A stretch of DNA of 64,000 nucleotides from an uncultured bacterium (GTDB lineage Bacteria > Planctomycetota > UBA1135 > GCA-002686595), in the NCBI GenBank assembly GCA_943787795.1, contig CALSNU010000006.1, positions 224,001-288,000 on the forward strand. Direction: 5' to 3'. Both the position numbers and the translations under genes were made by a program. Positions 1-9,721 of the stretch are shown here, piece after piece. Numbering within the stretch: position 1 is the stretch's first letter; every line of letters begins with the position of its first letter. The notes under the pieces were generated by a model. The model had not been told where the DNA came from. It searched no databases and saw nothing but the letters and a program-made list of their open reading frames with translations.

Positions 1-52
1 TTCCGGCCACCTTCGTCGCGGCGGCGCGGCCCTGCGCGCCTCCCGAAGGCCC

Positions 53-100
53 GGCTGGTACCGATAGCTCGGCTGGTACCGATAGCTCGGGTGGTACCGA
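53..100. repeat. 18-bp tandem repeat containing the tRNA 3' end
   Basis: GGCTGGTACCGATAGCTC at 53-70 and 71-88, plus partial GGGTGGTACCGA at 89-100. Each copy contains the tRNA 3' end (TCGGTACCA on the minus strand). Confidence 0.9.
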
Positions 101-178
101 AGGTGGGACTCGAACCCACACGCCCTTGCGGGCAACGGATTTTGAATCCGTCGCGTCTACCGATTCCGCCACTCCGGC
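92..178 (-). tRNA. tRNA-Leu (CAA)
   Basis: Reverse complement GCCGGAGTGGCGGAATCGGTAGACGCGACGGATTCAAAATCCGTTGCCCGCAAGGGCGTGTGGGTTCGAGTCCCACCTTCGGTACCA: CAA anticodon, long variable arm, GTTCGA T-loop, encoded CCA. Confidence 0.97.
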
Positions 179-413
179 CCTTGCTAGGCAGGAGAATACC
201 GTCTCCGGCCCCTCGGCGCTGCTTCTCGTCCAAGAGCGCCTGAGGAGCCCCTCCTGATTCCGGAGGGGCGCGAAGGTCGTGGGCCCTGGAGACGAGGCGC
301 CCGAGCCCCGCCGTCTCCTTCCAGGCCGAGGCTCGTCGGCGGAGAGGCTGACCCGACAGGTGGAGCGCGCCCAGGCATCCCGTCGCCCCTCACCGCCTGC
401 TGGATGGCTCTTC

Positions 414-493
414 AGTGCCCCCTTGACGGTGCCCCCCCTTGACGGTGCCCCCTTTGACGGTGCCCCCTTCACGGTGCCCCCCTTCACGGTGCC
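414..493. repeat. 14-16 bp tandem repeat (TTSACGGTGCCCCC), about 5 copies
   Basis: Direct reading; the C-run length varies between copies. Confidence 0.85.
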
Positions 494-705
494 ACCGGGT
501 CTCCCGGGCTTCCCTCGACCCTCTTCCGCCGAGCCTCTTCCCTCAAGCCTCTTCCGCCGGGCCTCCTCCCAGAGCGCCCTCCAGGGTCCTGAGACCCGGA
601 CGCCATTCGCTGAGCTCATCTCCATGGCTCCCCTCTCCACCGAGCTACGAGGGGCCCCTGCATGGGGGATGGGCCGGCCGGGGCGCAACTCGCTAGGCTC
701 TTGGC

Positions 706-1308
706 ATGACAGCCTGGTCTGCCCAGTCCGTGCCCCGCGCGCTGCTCCCCGTCCTCATCCACGAGATGAACAACGGCACCCAGCTCCTCGTGGGGTTTCG
801 ATCGCTCCTGGATATCCCCGGGGGCGAGGTGCTCTTCGCCCAGAAGGCCGGAGAGTTGGCCCAGGGTTCGAGCAAGCTGGAGGACCTCGGCTTCGCGCTC
901 GCCGTGGTCTCCACCTCGAGCGGCGCCAACATGCTCCTCGCCCGCCGCGAGCGCAGGGCGGTCCAGATCCTGTGGGACCTCGCCGTCCGCACCCTGGAAC
1001 GCTCCGGGGAGCACCGCGTGCACACCCAGGGGGACCCGCCTGAGCTGGCCCCCTCGGCGCTGTCCGGCTGGGAGGTGCCCTGGGCCGGCGCGGCGCTTCT
1101 GCTCCACGCATCCGAGGCCATGGGCGCCGGGGATTGGCGCTGGCGCTGGGAGGGCGGTCGGCTGACCGGGCGTCTGGGACGGCCCGTCGAGCTCGACGCA
1201 GCCGACCTGGCGGCGATCCTCGAGCGGGTGCCCGGGAGCCAGCTGTGCGTCGAGGGAGAGACCCTCACCTGGGATCTCGCCCCGGACTGGGTCGCGGCCC
1301 CCGCCTGA
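706..1308 (+). CDS. Hypothetical protein with HisKA/DHp-like H-box (possible phosphotransfer protein)
   Basis: 200-aa ORF with typical composition. N-terminal LIHEMNN resembles an H-box; no N/G1/G2 ATP-binding boxes. Confidence 0.6.
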   Translation: MTAWSAQSVPRALLPVLIHEMNNGTQLLVGFRSLLDIPGGEVLFAQKAGELAQGSSKLEDLGFALAVVSTSSGANMLLARRERRAVQILWDLAVRTLERSGEHRVHTQGDPPELAPSALSGWEVPWAGAALLLHASEAMGAGDWRWRWEGGRLTGRLGRPVELDAADLAAILERVPGSQLCVEGETLTWDLAPDWVAAPA

Positions 1309-1508
1309 GGTTTGCCTCCAGCGCACCGGAGCCCTGGCGCAGGGTCCCGCGCCCACGTCACGGCGCACCGGACCGCCCCGGCCGCCCAAACAGGCACAGC
1401 CTCAGGGGCGCCGGCCTCCGCACTCCTGAGCCGCAGCCGGACCAGGACCAGGATCAGGACCTCCCTCAGCCAGCTGATGGCTGGTGAGCTGCCCCGGCCC
1501 GGGGGGTG

Positions 1509-2231
1509 CTACCGGACCCTGGCGGCGGACTGCTGCGACTTTCGCCGACGACTCTCCTCGTCCGCCTGCTCTCGAAGCCGCCTCTCACGGAGTCGGCTGT
1601 CCTCCTGCTGACGCCGCAGGTCCTCCTTGTCCGCCTCCTGCATGTGGGAGTCGTGGACGTGCCCCCAGGGGTCGACGATGGTCTCGGCGGCCTGGGCGTT
1701 GAGCAGGATGTGGCTCTTTCGGGAGAGGTTATCGAGCATGGTCGCGCTCGCGCTCCCGCGCATGGTCGTGGAGGCCCAGTCCGCCGTGGCGAGTGACGTG
1801 AGCATCAGGAGCAGCACGCAGTGCACCACCAAGCCCGTGACCGCGCCCGCCATGCCGCCGCCGAGGCGATCCATGGGGCCGAGCTGGACGGCCTCCAGCG
1901 CCCGCTTGCCGATCATGCCGATGAAGGCCATCACCAGCAGTGACGCCAGGAACACGAGGAACCAGACGATGCCTTCACAGGCCCTGATCGACAGGTTCAG
2001 GATGGACTGGAACTTGGGCGCCACCTCAGGGGAGAGGGTCCGTGCGATGTACACGGCGAGCAGCATCCCCAGGAGCCGGGTCATCTGCCAGACCAGCCCG
2101 TGCTTGATCCCGAGGACCAGGAAGAGGGCCACGATGCCCAGCCCGACCCAGTCGATCCAGGGCGTCCCATCCAGAGCTCCGGCGGTGGACCCCGCGGCGC
2201 CCGATGCCTGTTGAAGGATTGCTAAAACCAT
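1509..2231 (-). CDS. cvpA: CvpA (colicin V production) family membrane protein
   Basis: WIDWVGLGIVALFLVLGIKHGLV, several TM helices, LGPMDRLGGGMAGAVTG motif. GGAGG RBS before the ATG at 2231; charged C-terminal tail. Confidence 0.85.
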   Translation of the reverse strand: MVLAILQQASGAAGSTAGALDGTPWIDWVGLGIVALFLVLGIKHGLVWQMTRLLGMLLAVYIARTLSPEVAPKFQSILNLSIRACEGIVWFLVFLASLLVMAFIGMIGKRALEAVQLGPMDRLGGGMAGAVTGLVVHCVLLLMLTSLATADWASTTMRGSASATMLDNLSRKSHILLNAQAAETIVDPWGHVHDSHMQEADKEDLRRQQEDSRLRERRLREQADEESRRRKSQQSAARVR

Positions 2232-2383
2232 GATTGCCTCCATGGCGACATCGGCCGCGCTCCCCGGGATCTGGCCCGGATTTGTGCGGGAATCGACGGG
2301 CCGGCGGCCACCCGCCGTGCCGGGCTCAGGATCTGGCCTGCCGCCCCCGGTCAAGGGCCGCTTTGCTTGATAGGGTCCCCGCT

Positions 2384-4246
2384 ATGACCCTCGCCCCTTC
2401 CACCATAGACCGCTGCCTGGAGGTTCTGGGCGCCCTTGTCCGCAGCCTCCCCGACCTCAACGCCGAGTTCGAGGGGAGCGTCGAGACCTTCTTCCAGGGC
2501 GGTCAGCCTGGCGCCGCCGGCGACCCCCGGGAGACCCTCCTCGCGGCCCGCAGGCACCTGGAGTGGTTCCTCCTCGAGCACCACAGCGCCGCACTGCGGG
2601 GGAGCGTGGCAGAGAAGCTGGCCCCGGCTTATGGAGAGGCGGTGGCCGCTCGACTCGTCGACGAGGATGACGCCGATCAGCAGGTCGCCGCGCTCGGCGC
2701 CGCCCTGGAGTCTCTGCTGCGATCCCACACGGGCGTCTTCGAGGCCGAGGCGACCGGCGCCGAGGAGGCCGTCTGGGCGCGTGACCTCGGCGGCTTCGGG
2801 ACCTACGCGCTCATGACCCAGGGCCTCGAGGGTCGCCTGCGCCACGGAGACCTCCTCGTCGGCCGGCTCTATCCAGCGGGCGACGGGGGGAACATCGCGT
2901 CGCCGACCATCGCCATCGTCCGGAGCCCGGAGATCGGCGCCGCGCTGACCCGCGACCTGGCCAGGGTTCGTGAGGAGAGCGCGGTGAACGTGCTCCGGAT
3001 CGGCCAGCGTGACCTGGAGGCCATGTTCTTCGCCAGCGAGGCGCGGGGCCAGGCGCCGACCCCTACGCCAGTCGATGCTGCGCCAGCCGTCGACCGCGAC
3101 CAGGCCACCGCAGAGCCCGTGGGAGACCCGAGGCAGGAGGCGCTCCAGGCCCTCCTCGCAGCCGGGCTCGGGGAGGCCATGGCCCGCGAGGCGTTGAGCG
3201 TTCTCTCCAGCGCACCCCGAGACCCCGCCCGCCTGGTCCACGGTCTCGAGGATCCCATGGCACAGGTCATGGAGACCCTGGCCTTCGAGTCCGACATCGA
3301 CCTGGGGGAGGCCCGAGGCGCGCTCATCCGCGCCTGGGACCTCATCAGTCCCGCCCCGGGCGAGGCGGCGCAGACCGGCGCTCCACGCGGCACCTCCGAG
3401 GTCGCCGCCGACGGCGCGGACGAACCCGCCGGAGCACTGGACCGCACCCAGGCGGTGGAGGCCTTTGCGCGCGGACGGGAGCGCGGAGAGGACGCCGCCA
3501 CGTTGCTCCAGAAACTGGAGGAGGACCTCGGTATCGACGGGGGCGGCGCGGGTGGAGAGGGCCCGAGCGAGGACGACCCTGAGGCCCCCGCGCCGGACTT
3601 CCCCGGGGTCGTCGGGGCCATGGTGGACGAGATGCGCTGGGAGCTCCAGACCACACGAGAGAGCTTCGATGTGGCCAGCCTTGACCCGCTCCAGCACCTG
3701 GCGGCCTTCGCCCGCCCGATCGGCGTCTTCGAGGAGCTGAAGGGACGAGACCTGTTCCAGTTCGCCACCTTCTGGCTCCAGGAGACCGGAGCGCTCGGCA
3801 GCGATGCAGAAGCCGCAGCCCTCGTCGCCGCGCTGCGAGAGTTCTGTGAGTGGGCGCTCGACGCCCATGAGGTGGACCTTGGGTCCGAATTCCTCGACGC
3901 ACTGGACGGACTGGAGACGTCGCTTCCGCGTCTGCGCCGGGCCAATAGCGCCCTCGCCAGCGGGCGGGGAGACCGCGCCGGCGCCCCTGACGGGCCCTCC
4001 TCCGAAGGCGAGGGCGAGGGCTACACATTGCTCTCCATGGATGGGGCCCAGCCCGGCGACTTCGAGTCGTCCGGCGATCGACTGCGACCCCGGGGCGGCG
4101 GTGAGGCGCTCACGGTGATCCTCCCGGAGATCCTCCGCCCTCACCTCGAGCCCGGCGACCTGCTCCGCGCCGTGATCTCGCTGGAGGGCAACGCGATCGT
4201 CTACTGCTGCTACCCTCCCGAGGCGCGCTCCCTGATGGGGGACTGA
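2384..4246 (+). CDS. Hypothetical acidic multidomain protein
   Basis: Long ORF with GC3-biased codons; start placed at ATG 2384 (MTLAPSTIDRC). Confidence 0.75.
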   Translation: MTLAPSTIDRCLEVLGALVRSLPDLNAEFEGSVETFFQGGQPGAAGDPRETLLAARRHLEWFLLEHHSAALRGSVAEKLAPAYGEAVAARLVDEDDADQQVAALGAALESLLRSHTGVFEAEATGAEEAVWARDLGGFGTYALMTQGLEGRLRHGDLLVGRLYPAGDGGNIASPTIAIVRSPEIGAALTRDLARVREESAVNVLRIGQRDLEAMFFASEARGQAPTPTPVDAAPAVDRDQATAEPVGDPRQEALQALLAAGLGEAMAREALSVLSSAPRDPARLVHGLEDPMAQVMETLAFESDIDLGEARGALIRAWDLISPAPGEAAQTGAPRGTSEVAADGADEPAGALDRTQAVEAFARGRERGEDAATLLQKLEEDLGIDGGGAGGEGPSEDDPEAPAPDFPGVVGAMVDEMRWELQTTRESFDVASLDPLQHLAAFARPIGVFEELKGRDLFQFATFWLQETGALGSDAEAAALVAALREFCEWALDAHEVDLGSEFLDALDGLETSLPRLRRANSALASGRGDRAGAPDGPSSEGEGEGYTLLSMDGAQPGDFESSGDRLRPRGGGEALTVILPEILRPHLEPGDLLRAVISLEGNAIVYCCYPPEARSLMGD

Positions 4247-4388
4247 GCTCCCCCAGCTCGGCGAGGGGCCTCTGGCGAAGACCGAAGGGGGCCCCCTGCC
4301 GCGCCCCTGGCAGAGACCCAGAGGTGAGACCCAGAGGTGAGCGATCAGGCCTGAAGATCGGCCCCGACTCGCGCGGCAGCTGGCGGCC

Positions 4389-5039
4389 TCAGCGCGGCGC
4401 GCTTCGAACGGGGATGAGGATCTCGCAGATCAGGCGACCTTCGGGAACATCCGGCCCGGGCGACACGTGGTAGATCTCCTGGATGGGGCCGTTCCGCTCC
4501 CAGTTCATGCGGCCCATGTAACGGAAGAGCAGCGGATAGGCACGCTGCGCTCCCGGATAGGGTCCGGACACGCAGGCGTGGACCGCGGTCCCGCCCGGCA
4601 GTGAGTCCACGAAGAGCGGCTGCCTCGACTCCTGGGGCCGCTCGAGCTCGATACCGACCCGCGCCCGGAGCTCCTGGACTGGCTTTCCGGAGCCTGGGTC
4701 GTCGTAGAACAGGCAGAAGGGCGAGGCATTGGGCGCGATGCGCAGACCCTGCTGCTGGGCCTCGGCGATGAGCGGACGGATATAGCTGCCGGTCCTGCGA
4801 TAATCGCCAAGGACCTCCATATAGACGTAGCTCCCGCCCCGCGTCTCGAGCCAGTTCGGGCGAAACGTCTCCTCCCGGAATGGGGGATGGGAGACCTCGG
4901 TGGGCGGAATCCAGCCGTCCACCACAGGGCGCGAGCTGATGCTGGCCTGGCTCGAGGCGCCGGGCGTGCAGGCCGAGAGAGACAGCAGGATGAGCCCGAG
5001 GCCGGGGACGAGGCCCCGCCGGAGTGATTGTCGCGCCAT
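4389..5039 (-). CDS. GyrI-like small-molecule-binding domain lipoprotein
   Basis: Lipobox-like LSLSAC; PFCLFYDDPG, LPGGTAVHACVSGPY, EIYH and CEILIPV match the GyrI-like fold pattern. Confidence 0.75.
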   Translation of the reverse strand: MARQSLRRGLVPGLGLILLSLSACTPGASSQASISSRPVVDGWIPPTEVSHPPFREETFRPNWLETRGGSYVYMEVLGDYRRTGSYIRPLIAEAQQQGLRIAPNASPFCLFYDDPGSGKPVQELRARVGIELERPQESRQPLFVDSLPGGTAVHACVSGPYPGAQRAYPLLFRYMGRMNWERNGPIQEIYHVSPGPDVPEGRLICEILIPVRSAPR

Positions 5040-5286
5040 GGCTGATTGGAGTTGGGACGAGGTTCGTGCCACGCCTAGGCATCGGCCCGAATGGGAATGC
5101 ACTGGCCCGCAATCCCGCGGGGCCGGCGGCTTGGCGGTCGCCCGGGGCGATGCGGTGCGAAGCATGGGCGGCAGGCAGCGTGGACTGGACCGCCAAGGCA
5201 GCGCGGCGTGCCCGCCCACGGACACGGCAGCAGGCGTCGGGGGTGAGGTCCCAAAACGCCCTGGCGCACCCAAGGGCGCACCCCTT

Positions 5287-5314
5287 GCTTCGGATAATGT
5301 ATGTTATGTACCAC
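5287..5314. other. dif-like XerC/XerD recombination site
   Basis: GCTTCGGATAA-TGTATG-TTATGTACCAC, 20/28 identical to E. coli dif (GGTGCGCATAA-TGTATA-TTATGTTAAAT). Intergenic and AT-rich in GC-rich DNA. Confidence 0.8.
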
Positions 5315-5721
5315 ATAGGATGGGCCGGGGAGCGCTTACCAGGAAGCGATCATCGACCCTGAGGTCGATTGCGCCCGCGCCCCTGTTGAGCATCGTCGCG
5401 GCAACGCCGAACCGCACGGGCCTGGCCTCACCGACGCGCAGTCGTCCTCTCGCCGGCACGGGCCCTTGCGCGAGCGGGTCCCTTGAGACCTGCGCGAGCA
5501 GGTCCCTTGAAAGAAGTCGAGCAGACACCGCTCCCCAGGCGACGAGACGCAACTCGGGCTCAACCCGTGCAGGCCGCGGCCCGGCACCCCGAGAAAGCCA
5601 AGCGTCGCCCCGGCTCAGATCGCCGCCCGTCCCGGGGCATGGACCAGCGGAGCCATCACCTCGGTGGCAGCTGCGGCGGCGCCGGTGGCTTCACCCGGGA
5701 GCTCGCTCCGCTCGCCAACGA

Positions 5722-5982
5722 TCAGTTCGGTGAGCCGCCAAAGTCCGGACCCGGCGAGCCCGGCGCCCCGGGTCCCATCGGGCCTGCGGGCCCCGGTCCG
5801 TCCTCACGCGGCAGGTGGCTGTCCAACATCCGCCGGAAGTCGAACGCGGAGTCTCCGAGGTGCGACGCCAGCCAGATGAAGTAGCAATCGACCGGATCCA
5901 CGGCGTCCTCCACGGGGAACGCGGCCTTGCACGTCAGGTCGCAGGGGCGCTCCTTATCGATGAAACACTTCTTGGTAGCCAC
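5722..5982 (-). CDS. Small Cys-containing hypothetical protein (86 aa)
   Basis: GTG start after TAAGGGG. MATKKCFIDKERPCDLTCKAAFP..CYFIWL followed by a Gly/Pro tail. Confidence 0.65.
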   Translation of the reverse strand: MATKKCFIDKERPCDLTCKAAFPVEDAVDPVDCYFIWLASHLGDSAFDFRRMLDSHLPREDGPGPAGPMGPGAPGSPGPDFGGSPN

Positions 5983-6131
5983 ACGCCCCTTATACCCGCC
6001 CGGAGCGGCTGAGCCGTAGCGCTGAAGGCGTGCTTCCTTCGCGAGCCGCTCGCGCCCCTTCGGCCACGCCCGGCCTGCAGGTCCGCCGCCGTTCCGGTCC
6101 AGCCCCGCTGCCCGGGCGACCCGGGGCCCCG

Positions 6132-6785
6132 TCAGACGCCCAGGCGGACGAGCCTTGGAGAACGCCCCGGCGACCCCAGCGACCCGGGCGACGATTGCGA
6201 CCCTGACGGCCAGGAGAGCTCGCAGATGCCGCCAGGAGGCAGCCCGACCTGGGAAGAGCGCTCCATGGGCAATCCGAGGCACGCCGCAAGAGCGCTGCGG
6301 ACGACCCAAAGATGAGCGACGACCGCGACCGTGCCCCCGGGAAAGCGCGCCGCGAGCTCCTCGAACACCGGGACGGTCCTTGTGGCCAGGGCCGCGGGCG
6401 ACTCGCCTCCGGGCGCCTGTATCGCGCCACGTGCAGCGGTCCATCGACCCATGGCCTCGGGAAAAACCTCCGTGAGCTCGGTGATCCGGCGACCGGCCCA
6501 GTCGCCCCGGTCCAGCTCGGTCAGGCGAGGGTCGTCCTCGCGCTCAACGCCAACGCGACTGGCGCGGATCAACGCCGCGGCGGCCTCGGCTCGCTGGAGC
6601 CCCGAGCTCAGCACGGCATCCAGATGCTCCCGCTCGAGGCGCTCTGCAACCAGCGCGGACTGCTCGAGACCGCGATCGGACAGGGGCACATCCAGGCGCC
6701 CGTAGATCGTCCCGCGCCAGCGCGCCTCGACTTCTCCGTGCCGAACGAGGATCAAGCGCAGGGAAGGTGGGGAGGTGAAGCTCAT
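6132..6785 (-). CDS. Histidine phosphatase (phosphoglycerate mutase/CobC-like) family protein
   Basis: LILVRHGE motif, DVPLS..G, SSGLQRA, LTELDRGDW, PGGES, VVAH. Confidence 0.9.
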   Translation of the reverse strand: MSFTSPPSLRLILVRHGEVEARWRGTIYGRLDVPLSDRGLEQSALVAERLEREHLDAVLSSGLQRAEAAAALIRASRVGVEREDDPRLTELDRGDWAGRRITELTEVFPEAMGRWTAARGAIQAPGGESPAALATRTVPVFEELAARFPGGTVAVVAHLWVVRSALAACLGLPMERSSQVGLPPGGICELSWPSGSQSSPGSLGSPGRSPRLVRLGV

Positions 6786-7065
6786 GGCGCGACCAAGGGC
6801 CACGTGCAAACCGCCGCAGGCCCGTCAGGAAACAGATCCAGAGAGATACTAGCGGGGACCCTCGACCGATAGAATCCGGGGGAAGAAACCCGGGCCCCAG
6901 GCCCTTTGTCCTGCGGACCCCACCCACTGTGACCCAGCGTCGCATGGGTCGCTGCACGCAGGTCCCCCACCGACAGCCCCCCCGCCTTGTCGGGTCTCAT
7001 CGAGCCCGCCTCTGATCCCAGCCGCGCCCCAGGGCGTGCGAGCCGACGAGGACCATCAGCCATCC

Positions 7066-7710
7066 ATGAACTCGTTCATCCGTTTCCTGAACTCATCCAT
7101 CGGGCGCAAGTACGTGATGGCCGTGACCGGCCTCTCGCTGACGCTGTTCCTGCTGGTGCACATGGCCGGCAACCTCACCCTCTACGCGGGCAATGAGGCA
7201 TTCAACGAGTACGCGGACCTCCTCGAGAGCAACCCCCTGCTCCCCCTCGCCGAGGCGGGCCTGCTGGTGCTCTTCGTGGTCCACATCCTGTTTGCGGTCC
7301 TGCTGACCGGCCGAAACAAGACCTCCCGCTCCGACAAGTACCAGTCGAACCTGGGCATGGGGTCCAAGACCGTGGCCTCCACCACCATGTGGATCACCGG
7401 CCCGGTGCTCCTGGTCTTCCTCGTCATTCACATCTGGGACTTCCGGATCTCGAAGGAGCTCATCGAGGAGTACGACCTCGCCCAGATGGTCGTCGATCGC
7501 CTGCGACACCCGCTCGGTTTCGTGATCTACACCGCGTCGATCGCCATGGTCGGTTTGCACATGTGGCACGCCTTCCAGAGCGCCTTCCAGACCCTGGGTG
7601 TGGCACATCCGCGCTATCGCGCTCTCATTCAGAACACAGGCCGACTGATCACCGCCTTGCTTGTCGCTGGTTTTGGCGGCATTCCGTTCTATCTGTTCTT
7701 CACGGGCTGA
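7066..7710 (+). CDS. sdhC: Succinate dehydrogenase/fumarate reductase cytochrome b subunit
   Basis: SSIGRKYVMAVTGL, HMAGNL, HMWHAFQSAFQTLG heme-ligand motifs; upstream of sdhA. Confidence 0.93.
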   Translation: MNSFIRFLNSSIGRKYVMAVTGLSLTLFLLVHMAGNLTLYAGNEAFNEYADLLESNPLLPLAEAGLLVLFVVHILFAVLLTGRNKTSRSDKYQSNLGMGSKTVASTTMWITGPVLLVFLVIHIWDFRISKELIEEYDLAQMVVDRLRHPLGFVIYTASIAMVGLHMWHAFQSAFQTLGVAHPRYRALIQNTGRLITALLVAGFGGIPFYLFFTG

Positions 7711-7758
7711 ACCGACCCGGACGCTCCCCGCTCGACCGGGCCACTCCACGCACGAACC

Positions 7759-9702
7759 ATGACGATCGCAGACTCCCACGCCAGCTCCCCCCGCCTCGAC
7801 TCCAAGGTCCCGGGCGGGCCCATGGACGAGCGCTGGTCGAACCACAAGTTCGACCTCAAGCTCGTCAACCCCTCCAATCGCCGCAAGTTCGACGTCATCG
7901 TCGTCGGCACCGGCCTCGCCGGGGGCTCCGCCGCGGCGACGCTGGCGGAGATGGGCTACAACGTCAAGTCGTTCTGTATCCACGACAGCCCGCGCCGCGC
8001 GCACTCCATCGCGGCACAGGGCGGCATCAACGCGGCGAAGAACTACAAGGGGGACGGCGACAGCGTCCACCGGCTCTTCTACGACACCGTCAAGGGCGGC
8101 GACTACCGCAGCCGCGAGTCCAACGTCCACCGCCTCGCCGAGGTGTCGGTGGACATCATCGACCAGTGCGTCGCCCAGGGCGTCCCCTTCGCCCGCGAGT
8201 ACGGCGGGTTGCTGGACAACCGCTCCTTCGGCGGCGCGCAGGTCTCACGGACCTTCTACGCGCGGGGTCAGACCGGACAGCAGCTGCTCCTCGGCGCCTA
8301 CGGCGCCATGAACCGGATGATCCACGCCGGGCGCATCGACAGCTACACCAAGCGTGAGATGGTCGACCTCGTGGTCGTGAATGGCGTGGCGCGGGGCATC
8401 ATTGTCCGCAACCTCGTGACCGGCGAGTACGAGCGGCACGCCGCCCACGCGGTGCTCATGTGCACCGGCGGCTACGGCAACGCGTTCTTCCTGTCCACGA
8501 ACGCCAAGAACTCCAACGTCACCGCGGCGTGGCGTGCGCACAAGCGCGGGGCCTTCTTCGCGAACCCCTGCTACACCCAGATCCACCCCACCTGCATCCC
8601 GCGGTCGGGCGATTACCAGTCGAAGCTCACGCTCATGAGCGAGTCGCTGCGCAACGACGGGCGAGTCTGGGTCCCCGAGAAGGAAGGCGACCCGCGGGCT
8701 CCCCAGGACATCCCGGAGTCGGAGCGCGATTACTACCTGGAGCGCAAGTACCCGAGCTTCGGCAACCTCGTCCCCAGGGACGTGGCGTCACGGAACGCGA
8801 AGACCGTGTGCGACGAGGGACGCGGCGTCGGACCCACCGGTGAGGCGGTCTACCTCGACTTCGGCGACGCGATCCGTCGCGACGGCAAGGAGACCATCGC
8901 CTCCCGCTACGGGAACCTCTTCGAGATGTACGAGCGGATCACGGGCGACAACCCGTACGAGGTCCCCATGCGCATCTTCCCTGCGGTCCACTACACGATG
9001 GGCGGCCTCTGGGTGGACTACAACCTGGAGAGCACCATCCCGGGCCTCTTCGTCCTCGGTGAAGCGAACTTCTCGGACCACGGCGCCAACCGCCTCGGGG
9101 CAAGCGCGCTCATGCAGGGCCTCGCGGACGGCTACTTCGTGATCCCCGCCACCATCGCGAGCCACCTCGCCGGACGCACCCTCGAGGCCGTGTCCGTCAA
9201 CGATGACGCCTTCAAGGAGGCCGAGGCCAAGGCTCGAGAGCGCGCCGACAAGCTCCTCGCGTGCAACGGCAATCGGAGCGTGGACTCGCTCCACCGTGAG
9301 CTCGGCAACACCGTCTGGAACTACTGCGGCATGGAGCGCACGGCGGAGGGACTCCAGGAGGGCATCCTCAAGGTGCGCGAGCTGCGGGCCAAGTTCTGGA
9401 GCAACGTCAAGGTGAACGGGGACCCGAACCACGTGAACCAGGACCTCGAGAAGGCCGGCCGCGTGGCGGACTTCATGGAGTTCGCGGAGGTCATGTTCAA
9501 TGACGCCCTCGTCCGGGACGAGTCCTGCGGCGGTCACTTCCGCGCCGAGCACCAGACCGAGGAGGGCGAGGCCCGTCGAGACGACGAGAACTATGCCCAC
9601 GTCAGCGCGTGGGAGTTCACCGAGGAGCAGAAGCTCCCCACCGAACACCGCGAGCAGCTCACCTTCGAAGAGGTCAAGCTGACCACTCGTAGCTACAAGT
9701 GA
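7759..9702 (+). CDS. sdhA: Succinate dehydrogenase/fumarate reductase flavoprotein subunit
   Basis: [11 protein letters not shown] fold, [36 protein letters not shown]. Confidence 0.97.
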   Translation: MTIADSHASSPRLDSKVPGGPMDERWSNHKFDLKLVNPSNRRKFDVIVVGTGLAGGSAAATLAEMGYNVKSFCIHDSPRRAHSIAAQGGINAAKNYKGDGDSVHRLFYDTVKGGDYRSRESNVHRLAEVSVDIIDQCVAQGVPFAREYGGLLDNRSFGGAQVSRTFYARGQTGQQLLLGAYGAMNRMIHAGRIDSYTKREMVDLVVVNGVARGIIVRNLVTGEYERHAAHAVLMCTGGYGNAFFLSTNAKNSNVTAAWRAHKRGAFFANPCYTQIHPTCIPRSGDYQSKLTLMSESLRNDGRVWVPEKEGDPRAPQDIPESERDYYLERKYPSFGNLVPRDVASRNAKTVCDEGRGVGPTGEAVYLDFGDAIRRDGKETIASRYGNLFEMYERITGDNPYEVPMRIFPAVHYTMGGLWVDYNLESTIPGLFVLGEANFSDHGANRLGASALMQGLADGYFVIPATIASHLAGRTLEAVSVNDDAFKEAEAKARERADKLLACNGNRSVDSLHRELGNTVWNYCGMERTAEGLQEGILKVRELRAKFWSNVKVNGDPNHVNQDLEKAGRVADFMEFAEVMFNDALVRDESCGGHFRAEHQTEEGEARRDDENYAHVSAWEFTEEQKLPTEHREQLTFEEVKLTTRSYK

Positions 9703-9721
9703 TCCCGAGGAGACCAGTCAG

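Noticed and set aside
53..178. Prophage or island integrated at tRNA-Leu
   Set aside because: Only 9 bp of the tRNA end is repeated, immediately adjacent, and no integrase is visible. Sequence beyond the left edge cannot be assessed.
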